The translations under genes and the position numbers were made by a program. A DNA stretch of 64,000 bases from an uncultured Candidatus Binatia bacterium (GTDB lineage Bacteria; Desulfobacterota; Binatia; UBA9968; JAJDTQ01). The stretch lies in the NCBI GenBank assembly GCA_965214905.1, contig OZ243984.1, positions 2,369,037 through 2,433,036 on the forward strand. The letters run 5' to 3'. Shown piece after piece: positions 56,954 through 64,000 of the stretch (positions within the stretch are counted from its first letter, which is position 1; every line of letters begins with the position of its first letter). The notes under the pieces are model-generated. The model saw only the letters and a program-made list of their open reading frames with translations, did no database searches and had not been told where the DNA came from.

Positions 56954-57838
56954 TCAGAGAAGCCCGTAGCGCAACGCGAGCCACAGTTTTCGCGCCCGGG
57001 TCAGCCGGACCGGACTCTCGATGCGCGTCCAGCCCCGTTTCTCCAGGCGTCGGAGTGTCTCTCGATAGACCGCCATCATCATCACGATGGGACGCATCTG
57101 GCGCCATCCGAGCTGGGCCAGGAGCCGGTCGGTGCCGGCGTAGTAGTCCCGCGCGAGTTCCGCCAGCTCCGCGCATGCCGCGGCGAAGCCCGGATGGATG
57201 AAGACGTCGCTCAACGAGCCTTCGGTCACACCGTGCCGTTTCACCATCTCCAGCGGGACGTAAAGACGCTCGATCGCCGCATCCTCTTTCACGTCGCGCA
57301 GGATGTTGGTGAGTTGTACGGCGTTTCCGAGGGTCTCGGCGATCTGATATCCGGGGTCCCGGGGCACGCCGAAGGCGTGGATGGACAGCATGCCCACTGC
57401 GCCGGCCACCTTGCGGCAATAGTTCAGCAAGTCATCCAGCGTTTGCATCCTTACCGCTGGCGCCGCGTCGATCTCCACGCCGTCGATGACGGCGAGGAAT
57501 TCCTCCCGCGGCAAGCCGAAGCGTCGCACCGGCTGTAGCAGCGCCCTGCTGGTCGGCCATTGCGGCTCGCCCGCGTAAAGCCGGGCGATCTCTTCCCGCC
57601 AAGCTCCCAGCCCGCGCTTCTTTTCCGCGGTTTCCCCCGGCTCATCGGCAACGTCGTCCACCTCGCGGCAAAAGGCGTAGATGGCGTACATGGCGCGCCG
57701 CCGTTCCGCCGGCAGCACCCTCATGCCCCAAAGGAACGACGTGCTCGAACGGGTCAGCACGCGATGGACATGGGTCCATGGGTCGATGGCGTCACCGGCC
57801 GAAGTGTCTCGAGGCCGCGCGGCCTTATCGGCTTTCAT
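56954..57838 (-). CDS. hpnD: Presqualene diphosphate synthase
   Basis: TSFLWGMR, YAFCREVDDVAD, YCRKVAGAVG, QLTNILRDVKEDA..RLYVP. Confidence 0.9.
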   Translation of the reverse strand: MKADKAARPRDTSAGDAIDPWTHVHRVLTRSSTSFLWGMRVLPAERRRAMYAIYAFCREVDDVADEPGETAEKKRGLGAWREEIARLYAGEPQWPTSRALLQPVRRFGLPREEFLAVIDGVEIDAAPAVRMQTLDDLLNYCRKVAGAVGMLSIHAFGVPRDPGYQIAETLGNAVQLTNILRDVKEDAAIERLYVPLEMVKRHGVTEGSLSDVFIHPGFAAACAELAELARDYYAGTDRLLAQLGWRQMRPIVMMMAVYRETLRRLEKRGWTRIESPVRLTRARKLWLALRYGLL

Positions 57839-58706
57839 TCGACCAACCCCGTCCGCGCCGCCGGAACATCGCCCGGCCGATGCCGCGCGCACAACAGGCC
57901 GCAGACTGCGCCCGGGTCAGCACCACCCGTTCCGCCAGGGGATCGCGCCGGCGCAGTTCGACGCCGAGCTTCCGGCCGATGGCGACGATGGCGGCCGCCT
58001 CCATGGCGAAACGGAGGTTGCGAAGCCGCCCCGGCAAGGTCTCCGCCAGCGCCAGTAATCGGTCGGTCCCGTCGAGACAGCGATCGAGTACCCGTCGCAG
58101 CGCGATGGTGGAGCGCTTCCCGTCGAGGACCTCGACGCCGATACCGGCGGCGGCCATCCAGTCCTGCGGCAGGTAGACCCGGTTCAGCGCCTGGTAGTCG
58201 TCGCCGCAGTCCTGCAGGTGGTTGAGCACCTGCAGCGCGTTGCACAGCGCGTCGGAGGCCGGGTAGGCCGCGGCCGACTCGCCGTGCAGGTCCACGAGGT
58301 AGCGGCCCACGGGAGCCGCGGACAGGTTGCAGTAGCCCATCAGGTCGTCCCAGTCGTCGTAGCGCAGCTTGGCGGCGTCCTGCTTGAACGCGCGGGTGAG
58401 GTCCACGCAGTGCCGGTGCGTCACTCCGGTCTCGGCCAGGCTGCGGCGGGCTTCATGGGCCTTGTCGAAGGCGGGGTTCGTCGTGTCGTCGCCGCTCACG
58501 GCCTTGGCGAAGCCGTCCAGGCGGGCGATCTTGTCGGCGGGCTTCAGGTCGGGGTTGTCGGCAATGTCGTCGATGGCCCGGGCATAGGCATAGAAGGTGG
58601 CGACGTGCGGCCGCAGGCGGGCGGGCAAGAGCCACGATCCAACGGGGAAATTCTCATCCGCCGCGGCCTTGCCGGACGGTGTCTCCATGGCGACTGACTG
58701 GTCCAT
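57825..58706 (-). CDS. hpnC: Hydroxysqualene synthase
   Basis: DENFPVGS, YARAIDDIAD, AFKQDA, YCNLSAAPVGR, LQVLNHLQDC, RVYLP. Confidence 0.9.
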   Translation of the reverse strand: MDQSVAMETPSGKAAADENFPVGSWLLPARLRPHVATFYAYARAIDDIADNPDLKPADKIARLDGFAKAVSGDDTTNPAFDKAHEARRSLAETGVTHRHCVDLTRAFKQDAAKLRYDDWDDLMGYCNLSAAPVGRYLVDLHGESAAAYPASDALCNALQVLNHLQDCGDDYQALNRVYLPQDWMAAAGIGVEVLDGKRSTIALRRVLDRCLDGTDRLLALAETLPGRLRNLRFAMEAAAIVAIGRKLGVELRRRDPLAERVVLTRAQSAACCARGIGRAMFRRRGRGWSNESR

Positions 58707-58740
58707 TGCAGACCCTTGCGAACCCGTGGCTCCCGCCCGC

Positions 58741-58905
58741 TCACTCGCTCGGGGACTTGTGTTTGCCTTGTTCGAAGGTATGGCACACCACACAACGCTT
58801 GGCGAATTTCTCGCCGGCCGCGACGTCGCCCTCGGCGAAAACCGGGCCCGCGACCCCCGCCACGGACGCCAGGATCGCAGAAAACAGGAAAGCGCCTCGC
58901 ACCAT
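58741..58905 (-). pseudogene. Truncated class I cytochrome c (c2/c550-like), 54 aa
   Basis: RBS GGGAGG; MVRGAFLFSAILASVAGVAGPVFA-EGDVAAGEKFAKRCVVCHTFEQGKHKSPSE*. Signal peptide, GD..AG start and CxxCH are present, then a stop. Confidence 0.7.
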
Positions 58906-59008
58906 CGTCAGAACCTCCCGTGCTCGAGGTCGGGTGTTTCACGGTCCCCCCCGGAGGGTAAAGCCGTGCCGACAATGTAGGTACGCTCACTGCAAAATGA
59001 AAGGGAAG

Positions 59009-59070
59009 GGGGTTGTCTACCTGACCGGGACGAGCGGGGAATCCTCTCGTCCCGTCAGGTAGACAACCCC
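59009..59070. repeat. Long imperfect palindrome (REP/MITE-like hairpin)
   Basis: GGGGTTGTCTACCTGAC(C)GGGACGAG pairs with CTCGTCCCGTCAGGTAGACAACCCC: 25-bp stem with a 1-nt bulge. Confidence 0.75.
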
Positions 59071-59497
59071 CGAATGAAAGAGATGGACGGGCCGTGCAGG
59101 GGGCCCATCGAGGTTTCCGCATCAGGAAATACTTGATCGGGGCGGGCGGCGGTGCTAACGTTTCGACAGGAAGTGCGCGTGGCGGCGTGGCACCCTGATG
59201 ACCGTCAGGACGTGCGTACTCGGGGTCGCGCCGCCGGAACGCCGTTCGACGAGACGTTGCCGAACGGCCGCACCGACAGCTTGGCCGATGCATGCCGGCA
59301 TTACGCCGAGGCGAGACCGGTCCTGACCGGCATGCTGGGCGCCCCCGAAGTCCCACGGCAGACGGTCCTGACGATCCTGGAAACGCGCCCATCCGATGAA
59401 TGGCGAATCGAACCCTGTCGCTCTGGTTACCGGGGCCAGAAAGGCATCGGCAGGGCCCGTCATCGGGACGACCATGTCGGGCCTGCCCAGCCTCCAA

Positions 59498-60340
59498 CTA
59501 CTCCGGTATCCGAGGTGGACCCGGTTTATGCGATAGTGGGCCGGCATCGGTCTTGTCACGGTTCAGTGCCGCGGCGGGGACGTGCAGTTCCAGTTGTTCC
59601 GAGAGGTAGGCGTCCAATAGCTCATCGACACCGCCGGTGCGGCGCATGCGCCCCTTGTGAATCCAGACGGCGACATTGCAGAACTCGCGGATGACCTTCT
59701 CTGATTGGGAGGCTATCACGAGCGTGTGGGTGTCGGCCATCTTGCCGTTGATGTGTTCGCGGACTTTGGAGCGGAATCGAGGGTCGCTGGCCCCGATGTC
59801 CTCGTCGATCAGCAGCACATCCCAATCGATGCAGACCGCAACCGCAAACATGAGGCGCGCGCGCATGCCGGCGGAGTACGTCCGCAACGGCAGATGCACG
59901 TAATCGGTGATCTCGCTGAGATGGAGAATATCGGGGATGTGACGCTCGATCTCTTTGCGGCCGAGGCCCCGCGTAAGCCCGATGAGGGTGATGTACTCCA
60001 GCCCGGTTGCATCGCCATAGATGCCCACCACAGTGCTGAACATCGTGGAAAGCCGCCCTCGCGTTTCGCAGACCCCGGAGGTAGGCGAGTAGATGCCCGC
60101 CATCACCCGCAGCAGCACGGTCTTGCCCGCCCCGTTATGGCCGATGATGCCGACCCGCTGTCCCTGCCTGATGGTGAGGGACACGTTTTCCAACGCCGCC
60201 GCCTCCAGCATCGCCCCTCGGATGGCGGCAAGCGGGGCGCCAACGGTCCCTGGCGGCTGGTGTAGACCACGGCCCGCCCGCCGCCCCACCGGCAGACGCA
60301 ACGTCACTTCCCGCAGCCGAAGGACGAAATCCTCGGGCAC
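59498..60340 (-). CDS. wzt: Polysaccharide ABC exporter ATPase (Wzt-like)
   Basis: GHNGAGKT, RTYSAGMRARL, LLIDE..D..F. Follows wzm; start may be 60382. Confidence 0.85.
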   Translation of the reverse strand: MPEDFVLRLREVTLRLPVGRRAGRGLHQPPGTVGAPLAAIRGAMLEAAALENVSLTIRQGQRVGIIGHNGAGKTVLLRVMAGIYSPTSGVCETRGRLSTMFSTVVGIYGDATGLEYITLIGLTRGLGRKEIERHIPDILHLSEITDYVHLPLRTYSAGMRARLMFAVAVCIDWDVLLIDEDIGASDPRFRSKVREHINGKMADTHTLVIASQSEKVIREFCNVAVWIHKGRMRRTGGVDELLDAYLSEQLELHVPAAALNRDKTDAGPLSHKPGPPRIPE

Positions 60341-60344
60341 GCCG

Positions 60345-61148
60345 TCAGATCCAGAGGGCGAGCCGCCGGTGGTGCTGTCCATAGATCTGCAGGGTCACGG
60401 TTAGTCCGACCGCGTTTGTGACGAGGACCACGGTCCACGACGCATCCCATATCGGTTCCCCGATCAGCGGCGCCCGCACCACCTCCAGGAAATGGGTGAA
60501 GGGATTGGCGTGCGCCAGTAACGAGCGGTCTCCCAAACCGTCGGCCCGCCAGAACACCGGGGTGATGAAGAACAGGAAGCGCATCATCAACCCGAGCGCG
60601 TACCTGAGATCGTGGAACCTGGCGCCCAGGAGCCCTATCAACGGTACGACCCAGAGGGAAGCGAGCAGGACCGCCGCGAATCCCAACACCGCCAGGAGCG
60701 GATTCGAATCCGCCGGCGCCACGAGAACGAGCACAGCCAACAGCACCGGGGCGTGCAGCAGGAGCCGCGCCAGACCGACGACGATGTGTCGCAGTGCATA
60801 GGTGTACAGTGGGTTGTTGATGCTGAGAATCAGGAACTGCTTGTCTGTAAACAGGCTGGCGCTGGTCGCCACGATGGACGACATGTAGGACCAGAGAATC
60901 ACGCCCACGCTGAGGTAGGCGAAGTAGCCCCCGTCCCCGCGCCCAAACAGGCTGCCGAACACGACGCCCAGACCGCCGACCCAGGCCACCATGGCGACCG
61001 TTTCCCATAACGGCCCGATGAGAGTCCGGCGATACGGAAGGATGAAGTCGTAGCACCCGGGCGTAATCCAGAGCTTGATCTCGCGGAAGGACTGGACAAT
61101 ATCGGTGATGCCGGCCAGGAACTTCCTGGCGATGTCTTGAAAGCTCAT
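60345..61148 (-). CDS. wzm: Polysaccharide ABC exporter permease (Wzm-like)
   Basis: YRRTLIGPLW, ARFHD, FFITPVFW, NPFTHFLEVVRAPL. Confidence 0.85.
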   Translation of the reverse strand: MSFQDIARKFLAGITDIVQSFREIKLWITPGCYDFILPYRRTLIGPLWETVAMVAWVGGLGVVFGSLFGRGDGGYFAYLSVGVILWSYMSSIVATSASLFTDKQFLILSINNPLYTYALRHIVVGLARLLLHAPVLLAVLVLVAPADSNPLLAVLGFAAVLLASLWVVPLIGLLGARFHDLRYALGLMMRFLFFITPVFWRADGLGDRSLLAHANPFTHFLEVVRAPLIGEPIWDASWTVVLVTNAVGLTVTLQIYGQHHRRLALWI

Positions 61149-61161
61149 CGGCCCATACCTT

Positions 61162-62832
61162 ATGATTGAAACCGTTCGGTTTTTCAACACCGCCGGCGCC
61201 GTCAAGCCCGAAAGGCGCTGTGCCGCCGCGGAAGCGGGACCGATGACGCAGATGGAACATGGCTTCGACGTACAAGCGACGCGGGCGGCTCGGCGCAAGC
61301 TGCCCATCGGCATCCAGACCTTCCGCACGATGCGCGAGGAGAACTGCTACTACGTGGACAAGACCCCCTACATACGGCGGCTGGCGGAGGAGGGCGCCCA
61401 CTACTTCCTGTCGCGTCCACGGCGTTTCGGCAAGAGCCTGCTGTTGGACACGGTGAAAGAGCTGTTCGAGGGCAGCGAGCCCCTGTTCCAGGGGCTGGAC
61501 ATCCACGACCATTGGGACTGGTCGGCGCGCCATCCCGTGGTGCGCCTGAGCTTCGGAAGCGGCAACTTCAAGGAGATGGGCTACCTGCAGGCAAATCTGA
61601 TGGAGCAACTGGACGCCATCGAACGCCGGGAGGGCGTGGCCCCGGCGTACGCTACCGCCCCGGGGCGTTTCGGCCATCTGATAGAGGCGCTACGCGAGCG
61701 CGCCGAACAGCGCGTCGTCGTGCTGGTGGACGAGTACGACAAGCCGATCCTGGACGCGCTGGACGCCCCGGACATCGCCCGGGCCAACCGCGACTACCTG
61801 CGCGGGCTGTACGCGACCATCAAGGACTGCAACGCCCACGTCAAGTTCACCCTGCTCACCGGGGTGAGCAAGTTCTCCAAGGTGAGCCTGTTCTCGGGCC
61901 TCAACAACCTCGCCGACATCACCCTGGAGCCGGATTACTCCGCCCTCTGCGGCTACACCGACGCGGACCTGGACACGGTGTTCGCGCCGGAGCTCCCCGG
62001 CCTGGATCGGGACAAGATCCGAGACTGGTACAACGGTTACAACTGGCTGGGAGAGGAGAAGGTCTACAACCCCTTCGACGTGTTGCTGCTCTTCCGCCGC
62101 CGCCGCTTCAGCGCGTACTGGTTCGAGACCGGCACGCCGACGTTCCTGGTCGACAAGCTGACGGAGCGCGGGGTCGGCGCCTTGGCCCTGGAGAAGATGC
62201 ACGGCACCGACGCGCTGCTGTCCGCCTTCGACGTGGATCACATCGCGACGGAGGCGTTGCTGTTCCAGACCGGCTATCTCACCATTCACGGGGCCGAACA
62301 GCGCGGTGACAGGACACGCTACCGGCTGGGCTACCCCAACCGGGAGGTGCGGCAGAGTCTGAACGAAAGCCTGCTGAGCCGCTTGGCGGACAACCCGGCA
62401 CTGGTGGCGGAGTACAGCGACCGGCTCTACGACTTGCTGCAGGTCAACGACTTCGCCGGCCTGGAGACGATGTTCAAGGCGTTCTTCGCCGGCATCCCCT
62501 ACCAGTGGCATACCCGGAACGAGATCGCGGATTACGAAGGCTACTACGCCAGCGTGTTCTACGCCTGTTTCCTGGCGGCGGGGCTGGACGTGACGGTGGA
62601 GGACAGCACCAGCCGCGGCCGCGCGGACATGACCGTGGTGTTCAACGGCAACGTGTACCTGTTCGAGTTCAAGGTGGTGGAGTCGGCGCCGGAGGGCGCG
62701 GCCCTGGCGCAGCTACGGGAGCGAGGCTACGCCGACAAGTACCGCGACTCGGGCCGGCCGATCCATCTGATTGCGGTGGAGTTCAGCAAGAAGACTCGCA
62801 ACGTGGCGGCCTTCGAGGCCGCGGCCGCGTGA
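61162..62832 (+). CDS. AAA-ATPase-like + PD-(D/E)xK nuclease protein
   Basis: KLPIGIQTF, YYVDKT, SRPRRFGKSL, LVDEYDKP, TGVSKFS, YNPF, PNREV, GRAD..FEFK, YADKY. True start uncertain (61242 or 61251 also possible). Confidence 0.9.
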   Translation: MIETVRFFNTAGAVKPERRCAAAEAGPMTQMEHGFDVQATRAARRKLPIGIQTFRTMREENCYYVDKTPYIRRLAEEGAHYFLSRPRRFGKSLLLDTVKELFEGSEPLFQGLDIHDHWDWSARHPVVRLSFGSGNFKEMGYLQANLMEQLDAIERREGVAPAYATAPGRFGHLIEALRERAEQRVVVLVDEYDKPILDALDAPDIARANRDYLRGLYATIKDCNAHVKFTLLTGVSKFSKVSLFSGLNNLADITLEPDYSALCGYTDADLDTVFAPELPGLDRDKIRDWYNGYNWLGEEKVYNPFDVLLLFRRRRFSAYWFETGTPTFLVDKLTERGVGALALEKMHGTDALLSAFDVDHIATEALLFQTGYLTIHGAEQRGDRTRYRLGYPNREVRQSLNESLLSRLADNPALVAEYSDRLYDLLQVNDFAGLETMFKAFFAGIPYQWHTRNEIADYEGYYASVFYACFLAAGLDVTVEDSTSRGRADMTVVFNGNVYLFEFKVVESAPEGAALAQLRERGYADKYRDSGRPIHLIAVEFSKKTRNVAAFEAAAA

Positions 62833-63058
62833 GAGTTGCCATCCTGCGCTGGTGTATTGTAGAAAAAATTCACCCCCGGTTGCATTCCATGACGAACAGC
62901 CAAACCCCCCGCCGTGGTAGGAGCCTGTCCGAGTAGTCAGGGACCGAAGGCGCACGCATCTGGTTTTGGCACAAGGAAATCTGCTGGAAAGATGAACTCT
63001 ACCCTCTCGGCTCGCACGATATTAATAACAGGGGATACAAGCGCTGAGAGCCCCGGCC

Positions 63059-63074
63059 GGGGGGGGGGGGGGGG
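63059..63074 (+). repeat. Poly-G tract (G16)
   Basis: 16 consecutive G immediately 5' of the GT2 start. Confidence 0.85.
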
Positions 63075-63076
63075 TG

Positions 63077-64000
63077 ATGATTGGTGAGTCGCTGTCCACA
63101 CCGTCCGTATCGGTAATCATCCCCACCCGGGACGCGGAGGACACCCTTCCCGAAGCCCTTGATTCGGTAGCACGCCAGGACTACAGCGGCTCCATTGAGG
63201 TGATAGTCGCCGACGGCTCGGAAAACTCGGCCACGGCACAAATGCTCCGACGGCATTATCCGGCGGTGAAAATCGCGTTTAACGGCGACCATACCATCGC
63301 CAACGGCCTCAACAGCGCTTTGAGAGCGGCCACGGGAGAGCTTATCGTGCGTTGCGACTCTTATGCCAAGCTGTCGCCAGACTATGTGCGTCGGGCGGTC
63401 GCTACGTTCGCACGAACGGAAGCGGCCAATGTGGGAGGCCGGCAATGTCCCGTAGCGACTACCCTGTTCGAAGACGCGGTGGTATTGGCGACCACGTCAT
63501 TTCTGGGCACCGGCGGCGCTCGTTACCGCATGGGAAAGACCGAGGGTCCCACGGACACCGTCTACCTTGGCGTTTGGCCTCGGAAGGTACTAGACGCGGT
63601 GGGAGGATTCGATCCCACTTTTCTGAGAAACGAGGACTATGAACTCAACTGGCGGCTGCGGCAGCAGGGGGGGACCGTGTGGTTCGATCCCGAGTTGTCG
63701 GCTACCTACCGGCCGCGCGGCAATCTGCGAGAGTTGGCGCGGCAGTATTTCAACTACGGACGTTGGAAATCGGCGATGCTGCTAGTCCACCCGTTCTCTG
63801 TGAAGGCCAGACAACTCGCCGCTCCGCTGCTGGTGCTGGGCTTGGCGGTCTCCGGGGCGCTGGCATTGATCGGAGCGCCATGGGCAGCGGCGGCGCTACC
63901 ACTTGGCTACCTGCTGACGATCATCATCGGGGCGCTGGCAGTGGGCATGGGGCACCGCGGACGCGCTGTCGTCCTGGTCCCCTTGGTGCTGGCCACCATT
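63077..64000 (+). CDS. Glycosyltransferase family 2 (ExoA-like), 3'-partial
   Basis: Read manually: SVSVIIPTRD, VIVADGS, GLNSAL, IVRCDS, NVGG, DTVYLG, GGFDP..RNEDYELNWRL, QYFNYGRWK. Open to the window end. Confidence 0.88.
   Translation, partial: MIGESLSTPSVSVIIPTRDAEDTLPEALDSVARQDYSGSIEVIVADGSENSATAQMLRRHYPAVKIAFNGDHTIANGLNSALRAATGELIVRCDSYAKLSPDYVRRAVATFARTEAANVGGRQCPVATTLFEDAVVLATTSFLGTGGARYRMGKTEGPTDTVYLGVWPRKVLDAVGGFDPTFLRNEDYELNWRLRQQGGTVWFDPELSATYRPRGNLRELARQYFNYGRWKSAMLLVHPFSVKARQLAAPLLVLGLAVSGALALIGAPWAAAALPLGYLLTIIIGALAVGMGHRGRAVVLVPLVLATI

Noticed and set aside
59152-59694. 180-aa plus-strand ORF
   Set aside because: Overlaps the wzt 3' end in antisense and has no recognisable family.
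1-64000. Numerous long antisense or alternate-frame ORFs (e.g. 12642-14420, 50193-52145, 54437-56254)
   Set aside because: Shadow ORFs typical of high-GC DNA, overlapping well-supported genes.

Overview
GC-rich bacterial window. The housekeeping and catabolic backbone comprises two xanthine-dehydrogenase-family Mo subunits, enoyl-CoA hydratase, UbiD, SthA, Liv-type and Aap/Bzt-type amino-acid ABC transporters, an enamidase-like amidohydrolase, an LLM oxidoreductase, a TAXI binding protein, an M20 peptidase, ApaG, an EutA-like/cupin pair, dxs, ispH, hpnCDE, wzm/wzt and a GT2. Several accessory inserts interrupt it. The main one is a ~16-kb defence island (30576-46536). It has a complete Ssp-type single-strand DNA phosphorothioation module (sspA divergent from sspBCD) but no recognisable sspE, sspFGH or dndFGH. 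Converging on it is a six-gene operon: four PbeABCD-like genes (PLD+SF2 helicase, small protein, CxC SMC-like ATPase, small partner), then a GHKL/MORC-type ATPase fused to a histidine kinase, then a large receiver-domain protein. This Ssp + Pbe + two-component combination is the best candidate for an undescribed system. Smaller inserts are a putative type II R-M pair, a truncated NYN gene plus a NACHT-like NTPase, a Fic gene, toxin-antitoxin debris, an IS3/IS481-like remnant, a 165-bp MITE, a truncated cytochrome c and a G16 tract before a glycosyltransferase. All family assignments come from motif reading by eye; no database searches were run. No tRNA, rRNA or CRISPR array was seen.
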